Origin: Candidatus Omnitrophota bacterium
GTDB taxonomy: Bacteria > Omnitrophota > Gorgyraeia > Zapsychrales > Fredricksoniimonadaceae
Direction of reading: 5' to 3'
Assembly: GCA_903908245.1 (NCBI GenBank)
Contig: CAIVRE010000008.1
Span: 1,432-65,431, forward strand
DNA: 64,000 nt
Numbering within the stretch: position 1 is the first letter of the stretch; each line of letters begins with the position of its first letter. Of the stretch, positions 36,001-48,000 are shown one piece after another. Made by a program: the position numbers and the translations under genes. The notes beneath the pieces were generated by a model. The model did not search any database. It was not told the origin of the DNA and worked only from the letters and a program-made list of their open reading frames with translations.

Positions 36001-39000
36001 CGCACGGAGCATATCATCACCTGCCAACGCCTGAGGATCGACCATCATGGCCAACTTACCACCAACCGTAGCCTCTTCCACCTGCTGACGGGTCTCTTCT
36101 GTAACATCTTCGGGCAACCCGACCATCATTCCCGTATTAGCAATGGTCACAACTTTATCGCTGGCATTGCGCGTAACATATACAACACGACGACTCGGCT
36201 CATTATCCTTAGATTTATATTCAATAACACTGCTGACCGTAACCACAATGCGATCTTGCTCAAAAGAAACCGGCGACTTAACAACATGACTGACACTTGC
36301 CGTAGTTGTTAAGCCTGAAACCGCTGTGGCGGAATTATTATCATTGGCCGAAGCAATACCAGCTCCGGCGAACAACACCACCGCAACGATAATGACAATG
36401 ACCGCCCTCCTGATCGGGGAGATGACGGCCGAAAGAGCGGCCAGGGCGATGCGAACAAAGTGCATCGGGGCGGGCACTAATGCCTTTTGACCCTGGCCAG
36501 TGACCATGGCGGAGATACCGCCAATGATCTGGGTGACGAACCCTAAATTTTTATTGTTGGGATTATTGGTATCAGATATACGGCCGGAGAGCTCCGCCGA
36601 CACACCTTCTCCGGTGATGTTCGTTCCCTTGGCGGAACAAACTCCCGGATGCTCGCTATTCTTGCCTGAAGCGTTTGAGGTAAGTCTATCTACAGGGCCC
36701 TGACCGACACTTTCCACACCCTTCACACCTGGCACACCCTGCGCGGAGTAGGCTCTGTTATCGTAACCAGTTCCCACACTTTCCACACCCTGGGCATTGC
36801 CGTAATCGCGAGGAGCCCTTGCTCTGTCCAGAGATCCGGCAGGCACACTCATCACGATCCTGGTGTTACTTCCTACACTCTCGGTATTCGCGCTGTCTTT
36901 ATTACCAGCGATCACACTCCGTGCATAGGTGGTGCCAACGATCACACTACGGGCACCCTTACTTTCATTGCTAGTCCGCGCGTTGCCATTACTGGCAGTC
37001 GCAGTTCCTTCATCAGCGGCAGCACCAGGCACACTTTGGGCATCCGTACTGGACACACCTGTGTCGGTACCCCTGTCAGAGCGGGTAATCCTGGCCGACG
37101 GACGAACCCCGCGGTTCAACTTCAGGGCGAGCCCATTGACCGCTCTTAACACTCTCTCCACCGCGGGCACAATACTGGCACCCTTGGCAAGACCAATGTT
37201 CAGAGCCCTTCTATTCAGAGCCTTACCGATCCCGGCCGCATACCCCAAGATGGCGGCAAACACCAGGACAACACCAGTACGACCCGCAGAACGATGCAAC
37301 GGTACTTCATCGACAGTAACCGCACCGATCACGGCACGGGTATTCGCTACCTTACTCGTATTCGCTACTGTACTACCATTGCCCTTGGCGTGATTGTCAG
37401 CATTCGAACGGTCAGCCAGGACATTAGCCCGCTCGTTGCCTTTACTGTTATTATTACCAGCCTTCACCAGCGCTTTAGCGCCATTCACTACACCCTTACG
37501 AACTGCATTCACAACACTACGAACTACCTTCACTGCATTGCTGCGAACTGCATTCACTGCATTAACAGTACGTACAACCTTACTTGTATTCGCTACTGTA
37601 CTACCATTGCCCTGCTCTTTGTTCTCAGCATCGGTGCCAGCGGTCAGAGCTAGCGCTACATCGACGCTCTTTTCAGCGTTGCGATCATTTAACTTCACCT
37701 CGGCAACCGGCCTGCCGTTGGCCTTAAGCACAACATTAACAGTATCACTACTATCTCTCTTGCCATTCTCGACCGCTCCGCCCCTGAGAGAGGGACTGCG
37801 GCCGGGCTTACGACCTCCATCGCCGGAACGAGACGCAAGTTCCGAATCGGACGGCCCTTTCAGCCGTCCGGCAAAATATCTGGCCCCAAGAACAGCCAAA
37901 GCAAGTACCACACCAAAGACGATCACAGGCAGAGCCCCGGCTCCACCAGCCGCGGCTCCGGCACCCGTTGCCGCTGAAGCCGTATTCGGCGTTAAGGTAA
38001 AGAGAAGCCCCATCAAGCCCATTCCACCTGCTATAGGCCCGGCGCCGGGCAATTGAGGCCCTTGAGGCACTACAGGCATCGCAGGCACAACCGGTGCTGG
38101 CGCAGGCCCTGGTGTCGGTGTAGGCCCGGGTGTTGGCGTTGGCGGTAACGATGTATTAGGAATTGTATTATTGCCTGTAGGCGGAGGCGGCGTATTGAGC
38201 GGATCCGCCTTGGCCGGAGCATCGCCTTCATCCTTAGGCTTCTGCTCATTAGCCTTCAACAAGTCAGGGATATTAACTTCCATCGTAGAATTAGCCGCGA
38301 CCTGTCCAGTCTGGACATTCCCGGCCCTGAACCGATTGATCGCCCTTCTAATGAATCCGGGTTTAGCCGGGGCAGTAGCTTTCTCGAGGCCACTCTGGAC
38401 ATAATAATCGTGTTCTGCCTGCTTTTGCTCGGCTGTTAAAGCCTCGGCCTGAGCAAGAACATCAGAGACAAACTGTTCATCCGCCTGGTACGGAGTGCCG
38501 CCCATAGAATCTGTTACGATCTGCAGGGCCTTACGGACAGTATCCTGATCAGGCTGTTTCTGATCCTCAGCCAGCAGGCCAAAGAACTCAGCCTGCCGGA
38601 CCATGATCGCGGTCAACTTCGGAATATCCCCGGCATTCTTTGTGCTATCCAGGCCAAGCAGACGGATACCAATGGGCTTGAGCAGGATCGGGGCCATCAG
38701 ATCAGCCGGGATCTCGATCTCAAAGGACCGGGCCGCCTGCACCCCGGGATATTCCTTAATATCAAAGGCCGGAACAGTGACCTTGCGGCCATCAACATCC
38801 GCCCTCACGTCGCCATTATCGCCCCTGGAGAAGGCCGCACGGACAGACTGACGGTCATCCCCTTTAAGGATAACGACCAGGCCGATCTCCTCACCCTGCT
38901 CCTGCGCAAAACGGATCAGAATATCGCCCTTGACCAGGCCCAGAGACGGCACATCTTCGGCAATACGCTGTTCCTGAAGGTATTTTTCGCTATCTTTAAC

Positions 39001-42000
39001 ATTCACCAAAAGCTGAACCTTGACCTGCTCTCCGCCAATAGTCTCGGTCTGAATATCACGCGCCGCTACACCATCCTTCACCTCAAGGCGTTCGGTCTTG
39101 TTCCTGCCATCGGTAACCGCGATACCCGTGACCGTACGGTCCTTCACCTCAAAGGCGCCATTAATATCCTTGGGCGCGGTAGCAGCAGGAGCATAGATCA
39201 GGCCGGTTTTGGTCTCATAGGTTTCGCCGGGCTGCAATGTAATGCCGTTATGCTCAACAGGCTTGTCAGCGGTATTATTAACAGCCTTGACCTCTTCTGT
39301 CCCGATCTGGCCGGACTTGTTAAGAATGGTCTGGACCGCCAAAGGCTTGCCCTTGGCCCCGTTGGCCTTCTGATAAGTGACCGCGAGCAGGCTGTCCGGC
39401 CTTGACCCGGCGAACTGCCCAGGCACACGGTCAGCCGGCGTGATCCGGTTGAACACTTTAACGAAATCTTTAAGGTTATCCGCGTGCATAAGATCCGCCG
39501 GGCCGGGCTCTTTCACATCGACCGCGCCAGGCTCGAACGCGAACACGTCAGCCAGAGGCACCGTTGCCGTCAGCTTTTTCGCGGCTTCCTCGGGCATATT
39601 CTTGTCGGCCAGCGCCGCCAGCACGATCGCCTGCATACCGCGCACCATCATGTCGATCGCATTCTGGTAATACTCGCGCATCCTGACAACGCCGCCATCC
39701 ATCACCAGATGATGCAGTTCATACATATCCAGGCTTAACTGATCGGCCTTCTGGCGCATCATTGTGCGGATATCGACAGGGATGGTCTCATCCGCCAGGA
39801 ACGGCTCGAAGACCCTCTTGCCGAACGCGATCAGGTCGTTGGAACGGGATGTCCCGGCGATCTCGCGGTCGAATTCCTGTTCATTGATATCGATCGTGCC
39901 TGCAATATATTTTCCAAAGCTCGTACCGGACGGAATATTGACCGCCAGGACAAATTTATCGATCGGCGTCTCCGTCAGCCGGCCACTCACCTTGACACCG
40001 CGGCTGCGGCCAAGCCCCTGGTCGATCTCGGTATGCGTTGACTTGGTGTCCGCCAGGACCACTAACACATCACCGCTCTTGGTATCGACCGTTTCACCAC
40101 GGATACGGCCCCTGGAAAGAACCACAAGATAACGGCGAGTCGTATCCGCCAGGATCCCGGCCAGAGCTTCAGGCGCGATCTTTGCGTAAGTCCCGTCAGG
40201 CAGGACAAAATAATCATCACCCTCGGGCTTCTCAAGGATCACGCCCATATTATTGCCCGCGGCAACTTCAGCCAGCCGGGCCAGATAAAGGTCTTCGGAA
40301 GAACCTGTTTCTCCAGGCTCGCGGGCCGCCAGCGGAATGACCACATTGCCCGAAGAACCCTTGACCAGTTCATCAAGCTTGCTCATTCCATCAGCTATAC
40401 TGCCGGTAAGGATCGTCCGGCCTTCATCCACAGGATTATCTTTATCCGTCCCGAACATCTTGCGCGACGGCGGCTCAATAGCGGTCAAAGGCTTGGCACC
40501 GTAGAACATGTTCTGTTCCCCGGCAATAAATTCCGTCAAACTACCCGACGCCAGGATGACCGGGCGCTTGGCCAGGGCGAACTGCCGGATGACTTCATCG
40601 CCCCGCACACGCTCACCCTCGATCTGATGCTCGATATCAGCCAAATTAAGCTGCGCGAGTTTGCGGCCTTGCTGTTCAGCGGCCTTGCGAAGCACAAGTG
40701 TTTGCGCCACGATCAGCCACGGGTCAGAGGTAACAACGCCGGGAGAGACCACGCCGTAAGAGTTCACCAGATAAACTTTTTTGCCATCCGCGCTAAGGGC
40801 GATCTCGCCTTCCTTATACATGGCCATGGCTTCCACCACCGCCTGCATATACGCAATGGCCTTGCGCCCGCCGTTCTTGGTGTCGCCACGGATCTCTTCG
40901 ATGGTCATGCCGCTAAAACGCTTGAGCAGAAGATCCTGGGCTTTCTGGCTGACAGCAATACGGATCTGATCCGGCGTGCGGGTCTGCACATCGGCGATCT
41001 GCTCGATCCCAAGCTCGTTGATCGCGGCCTCGATCCCCTGGATAATATCGCCATTAACCTTGCCATGCGCCTTGCCGGCGGTATTAAGGTCAGGATCGGA
41101 AGAAAGCTCGTCGTCATACAACGCGGACCTGGACATCAGCGCGTCCCACGCGGCTTTTGCCGGCGGATGATCCTTGGCCAGGCCGATCAGGGTCTGGATA
41201 TCTTTATTGTCGATCAGAAGGATGTGGTTCTCATCAATGGTCTTTTTAACCTGGTCAATATTCTTGCCATCCGGGCGAACACTGACCTGGGCCACACGTA
41301 AATTCGGGTCATACGCCCTGGCATATTCCGTAACCTCATTGAGGTTCTGGACCATCAACTTGGGCGAATGCAACCGCACCACCAGCTTGCCGTCAGGATC
41401 GTTCTTCCTGTGATCCGCGGCCATGGCAACCACCGCCACCGAGCTCTTACCGGCACCTGTACCGATCTTGGCGATCCAGACACCGGCCTGCTTGAGCGCC
41501 GCAGCGATCTTGCCACTGGCGAACAATTCATTGAAAAGAGTCTGCTCACCCTTGCGCAATACTTTCTTATTCGCGACCAGGACCTGCTCAAAGGAAGACT
41601 GCGCGGCATCAAAGCCGGGGAAGCTCAGCTGAACCGGCTTTTTGACTTCAGGCGCACTCGGCTGTTCCGACACGATCCGCATGGGCGGAGCCACCATCGG
41701 CGTAATCGCCGGAACAACAGGGACGACAGGAACAGCTGGCGGCATAACCCGAACGGGCGAAGGCAGCGGGACAGCCGGGACATTCCTCGGCGTCCTGACC
41801 GGAACAAAGCTGTTCACAACCCGCATGACACTGGCCTGTTGACTTAAAATAAAGGATCGGGACGATCCCGCGAATCTCCTGTTAAGGATGCCCTGGACAT
41901 ATCCCGAAAGGCTGTAAATATCTTTGGGAGCCTTGGCCATAGCCTCGCCAACGGTAAAGAGCGCAGGCTCAATATTGCTCCATTCAGAATTCTTGCGGGC

Positions 42001-45000
42001 CGCGAGGATCTTCCGGCCAAGGTCATTCGCTTCGGCAGCGGTCAATGCCGCGGCGTCAGCATCATTCTTGTCCGTATCATCAGACCGGGCCCAGGAAGGA
42101 AGATGCGGAGCGGTATCCGGATTGCCAGACAGGAAATTATAGAAGGCCTTCCACGAAGCCACCATGCTGCCCGCCATGACCAGCCCGGGATGTTTGCCCA
42201 CTGCCTCAGCGTCCCTGCTGGCAGGCTGAACGATCTCCACCGTTTTCTTTTCATCGGGACGAAGAGCCGCCAGCGACTTGAACAATAAGACGGAAGGCGC
42301 CTTGATAATATAATCGACAGCCTTCTTCACCGGCGAAGGAACGACCGGCACGGTAGCATTGGCCGGCGTAACGCGGGTGGACCACTCGGGGACATTGTAT
42401 TTCTTGAGCTTTTGCGCATCGATCGCGGCCGGAGCAGCTTTGACACTGCCGGTGTCTTCAAAGAAATTCTTACCCTGAGAGCCATCATTCAAAGGAACCT
42501 CGGCAACAACAGGCGCGGCTACCGGCGCAACGGCACCAACAACGGCTTTATGCTGCAGAGCGGCAGACTCGGCCTTGGCAACAGCTTTGGCATCATTCCA
42601 GGGATTCTGGGCGTTATAAGCCTCGGCCGTAACTTCGGGCCTGCCGCCTTCACGCAGATTCTTAAGGTTACGGATCTTGGCAAGAAGGGCCAGTTTCGCA
42701 TCGGTGCTAAGGGTACCGTTAAGCGTGCCGTCATGGAGCTCCTGACGCATTCTGTCAAGCGCCTTGACCTGGCCAACATGCGCTTCCACCTTCTTGGGTT
42801 CGGCGCGTTTAAAGTTCTTCGAATAGAGATCGTCGTAATTCGCATTGGTGGTCTTGATCCAGATCTCGCCCTTCTGGTCAATGTAAACCTTGAGCTGACG
42901 GCCTTCCCACATTCCAAGCCAGGCCTGGAACTTGGCCGTACGGGCCTCGATCGCCGCGGCATTACCGGCATTGGCCTTAATGAACACCCGGACTTCGACC
43001 AGCTGGCTATAGAGCGCATCATTAAGCTCGACCATCTTGAGCACGCGGCCAGAAGCGGCAAGTTCACCATTAACTCCGGCCCAGGCATCCGCAACCTCTT
43101 TCGGCCATTTGCCCGTGCCGAACTTGAAGTTGAGCGTATCCTCAATACCCTTGCGCTGAAGTTCAGCTTTATTCTTGCTATGCTTAAAGGCCTGGATCGC
43201 CTTAACGGCCACAGCCGAGGTAAGCTCGACAGGCTTGATCATCGCCTTCACATCCTGCGGGACAGCTTCAACAAAGATATTGCTTAAGAACCATGTCCAG
43301 AACCCGTCCGGGTTCCCCTTGTACTTCGTATTCAGCGCCCAATCGACCCAAGTGGTCTGACTCGCGTCCTGTTGAGAGCTGGATGAAACCTTGAAGCAGG
43401 AACCGACCTTCTCGGATGGATCGGCCTTATCGGCCTTACGGTCAAGCGCCGGTAAATTCAACTGCTCTATTCTAAATTTATTGATCTTCCAGTCAGGGAA
43501 CCTGGCAAGATGCGCAAGGACCTCAGGATCGGCCGTACCGCCATTAATAGCGCTGACCAGCGATGGCATCGAATAATGCTGCAAAAGAAGTTCAGGTACC
43601 GAGTACACCGGCGCCGGGCCCGGCACAGGACGGTTGATCTCCGGCTTGACGAACGGTGTTGCCCCCTCAATGACCGCGGCACGATCGGCTTCATTGGAAG
43701 GCGTCAATTCCGCTTTATCTTTCTCAACCTTGGCGGCCTGGATACCGGCAAGGCGCATCAGAATACGATTGAAACGCTCAATAACACGCTTGACCAGGTC
43801 ATCGGACGCAATAATATTGCTCTTAGATCCCAGGCGATCTCTTACCGCATCCGATTTAATAAGCGCTGCAACCAAAGGCTTTAATTCATCCGCCCCCTTG
43901 CCTTTAAACATTTCAAGATTGCGATCGATCATCTCCTGGGTAATGATCTTAACGTCTTTCTGATCAAATTCCGGAGCATCTTCGTCGTTGAGCGCCGCTA
44001 AAGTTTGCGGCGCAACAGGCGGCGTGATCACAGGTACCGCAGGAGCCTGAGCGACCACCGAAGTAACCGCCGGAATAACTGATGCCATGGGCTGATTAAC
44101 AACAGGTGTTGGTGTTGTCGTAACTGTAATAGATGAAGTAGATGTTGTGGGCAGAGCAACAGGAGCGGGTGCAGTGCTAGCTGGGCCAACCGGCGCCACT
44201 TGGTTAATATTAGATGTAGATGTTTTTCCTTGTACGATATCAAGCACATCTTGAACCTTCTTCGCAATGTCTGGAGGAGGACCAGCGCCAGCCAGTATCG
44301 GAGCGGAGGCCTTACTCTTCATTGCATCCTTATTATCTTTCACTTCAAGCCCCTGCCCCTGCGGAACAGTACCAGGAAGCTCCTGCTCAGCCGGAACCCC
44401 GAAATTCTTAAGCACACCCGATTGCATATTCTTCACTGTTGAATCGATCTGAGTTGCAATAAAATCGGTAAACGACTGCTCCTGCCCGCTCAAAGCTTTA
44501 ATATCGCCATCCTTGCCCAATGTGACTGAGCGCTTCGCAGCAACAGATGTATATGTGATCGTACCATCCGCATTATCTTTTCTTGTAAAAGCCTCATCCG
44601 CAAAAATTGCCGCCACATGACGATACAACGTAGCGCTATCAGCAACTTTTAACCTCTGCAAGTCAGTCGGCGTCAACGGATCGCTAAAAACAAGCTCCTG
44701 CCCGGGCTGAGTCGCCTTCTTGAGCAACGTCACACGTTCACCAACATACGGCTTGGCGAGGCCAAGGATCATCTGAACCACCGGTTTGTCACTCCACAGA
44801 TCGCCTTTCATGCGATCCTCAGACAAAGACGTCAACAGACTCGCCAAAGGAATGGACATCTCCAGTTGGCCGATCGTACCTGCCAGCATTGTCTTGAGAT
44901 TTTCCGTATATTTACCATCTGCCTGCTGCGGCATCATCAAAACCACCTGCGGATTCTCCTTCTCGCCCATCGGGAGGGTCACGGTAACCTGAACAGGACT

Positions 45001-48000
45001 TTTGCTGTCTGTCGCCGTCCCAATTTTTACAAGTGATCCGCTCTTATCAGAAACAAGCGCATCGTAAACTAACTTCAAGGCCGTCATATCCATACGGCCG
45101 ATATAAAGCGAACGATGCGCAACCTGATAACTGGCATCTCTTAAAGCCGTTTCGCGACCCGCGCCCATCCGGGAAGCACTTTCCAATTTGCCATCAAAAG
45201 AACCTGAATCGCCCACCAATTCACGCATATGAGCAAGCACCTCTTCAACCGCATTCTCAAGGAAATAAATACCGGTGAACATACTGCCTAACTTTTGACC
45301 GGGATCCTGCACACGGACCTGAGTATCAAACAATAATGAGCGTCCCTTGGTCAAACGGGTCAAACTATGGACATCCAATTCATGCGGGAGAACACCCGCC
45401 TCGAGGAACGTATGGGCGTACACTTCATTAAGGAAGACCTCAACACCCAAACGGATCGATGTATCATCTGCCAACGCCGCACTTGCCTTCTTGGTCAATT
45501 CCGGATCAATAATGATCTTTTTATGATTCTTGTGCTCATTCAACCGTTCAATGAACTGATAGCGTTTAAACTTCTGCACATCCGCCAGGGAAACATTCTC
45601 GCCGCCCTTGTTAGAAGCTTCAATTTTCGCTCTTAATCCGGCGTAATCAGCTTTTTCCTGATCATTCAAATCAACGATGCTTTCAACATCCAAAGAACCA
45701 TCTTTAAACTTGATACCACGATCCTTACCCAACAAATTCTCTCCGGCCGCGCGTATCATTGTTGTCAACTTCTCCCGGGCGGCTTCAAGCGGCATTTCCT
45801 GATCCATCTTGCCTTTTAAATTTTTATAAACTTTCTCAAGCATCCCCTCATCAGCACCACGAAGAGCCCCGAACCCGGCATTAATTTCCTGCTTGCGCCC
45901 AAGCAATTCTTTCTGCGCTGCCGATAACTCGGCAAGTTTCTCCCCTGCGGCCTTCCCGACCTTCTCCATATCCTGCATATCACTTGCTTCCAAAGAAAGG
46001 GTCGTCCGCAGCCAATCCAATTTCTTTTGATTTTCTTTAATGATCGCTTCAGCCGACTGCCCCGCTGCAATAAGTTTCGCCACTTTCTTCGTACTATCCA
46101 ATGAATCACTAATATCCTTTGCCATCTTTTCATACTGCGCCATCACCTGTTGATACGGATCGATCTTCCCAATAGCTGCCTTAAAAGCATCAAAATTAAT
46201 AAAGGCCTTCCGCTCTTCATTCTTAACAGAGAAGATCATGCCACGAGTATCAGAATCAAACCATCCAGTCATCTTTAACGCATTCCAGATCGAACGATCA
46301 AAATCTTTAGAAAACTCCTGCATCTGCAGAACGCCATCACGGCTTATCATCTGGGCCAAACGATTGACCTCATACATTTCCGAAGATACCAACGCCGGGC
46401 GGGTCTCTCCCGGAATATACATCAAATGACCAACAAGGCTGTTATCCACAAGATTACGAACGGCACCATCTTTGATATCGATCTTGTGTACCATTGGGTC
46501 AAACTTGAACGCGCCGGAAGCATTTTCAACGATCTTATGATACTCAAGGCCACTGCTTGTACTTAAGGTAGCAAAAGCCGCAGTATTATTTCCAGCGGAC
46601 GGATTAAAAAGAACATTATTCTGCACATTCCACACCATCCCGCGCGGAATGATCAAGCCGCCACCGAGCTGAATGTTCCCATTAAGGGCTTCATAATAAA
46701 CTGGCTCAAAATCCTGGATCTTGTAAACCGTTTTTCCGTCTTGATCCTGTTCAACAATATACCGCGGCGCATAACCGACACGGCGGGAATTCTGCCCCTC
46801 GGTCCTCGCCACGATCGGGCGCTGATCCAAAGCATTATTGATCGTCTTGCCCGTCCGCTCCAAATAAGCAGACAAAATCTCGTTCCTGGAGGCCTTTTCC
46901 ATCGTAGCCAAAGAACCTTCCACACGAGCACGCTGCACTCCTGAAGATACCTGGGCAACCGACACAACAGACTGCGTTAAAGCTTCCTGGGAATGCTGTG
47001 CAGCAATAGAACTGAATTCAGTCACAACTTGCTCAAAAGCCGTTTTGTACGCATCAGAACTCTTATAATCCCCACCCTTTGCTCTGATCGCATCTAATTG
47101 ACTGACCGCATCCTTCAGCATGGTTCTTTGCCCAGTGGTCAAATTAACATCCAATGCGCTAGCCACAAAGAAGTCCATTGTCCCAGGTGTACGCTCATCA
47201 ATAACTTGCGGCACCAATCCAATACGGGTCGGCTGTTGAACAATACCCGTACTATCAAGGACCGCTGTCCCAATAATATGCGCCAAACCGCGGACTTCCA
47301 CCGAGACGCCTTCAACAAAATCTCCCAGAAGAATGCGATGCGTCAAATTCACACGATCCGTCTCCCCATCCCTTTCTGCCTCTAAATAATTCGTTAACCC
47401 TGTTGAAACTTCCTCACCCTTCTCTGTCGTAAAATCCTTAACCCTCTCTTTACCAGATGCCAGCAATGTATCAAAGTTCCATTTAGTCCGGATCTCGTCA
47501 AATGCCACGCGAACTTTTCCGCCATCTTTTGCATTATAAATCTTATCCCAAAGAACATCTCTTTGTGCGCCTTTCTCCATCCATGCATCACGAATTTTCT
47601 TATCCCCAACCAATTTTACAACTTCATTCTTGATCGCATTCTGCAGCAACTCAGGATTCGTCTGAAGTAACTTATATACAGCATCACGGAATAAAGAATC
47701 ATGGCTGGAAACAAGGATCGTATTGGCACGTGCGTAAACCGGCTCAGTATTCAAAGGATCAAGAACCTTTGTTACCACATCATCACTAAACCACCTCTCC
47801 AAATATGTGATCGTATCTGCCTTTACTTTCTGTTCTAATTGTTCGCCGGATAATGATCCCTCAGCCTTGGCATTATTCCTATCTCTAACCCCCTGTTGAA
47901 ACTCATTGGCAATAGTTTTCACATCCCATTGACGCGCAATACCATACGCGATACGACCCACAATGTCCTGCGCCGCGCCGGAACGATCCTTGGCTGAACT

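Noticed and set aside
37340-37620. Possible CRISPR array from the 37-bp repeats
   Set aside because: Only two copies, 228 bp apart and in frame within coding sequence; no cas genes and no regular spacers.
73-43287. Long + strand ORFs (e.g. 4102-5538, 7489-9825, 15058-16896, 17698-19965, 24418-26313, 27778-29400, 32893-34338)
   Set aside because: All are in the exact antisense frame of the giant gene, are R/H/Q/P-rich and lack motifs. They are shadows caused by avoidance of TTA/CTA/TCA codons in the real gene.
45360-45400. PHELDVH as a possible HExxxH metallopeptidase site
   Set aside because: An isolated motif with no supporting context; could be chance.
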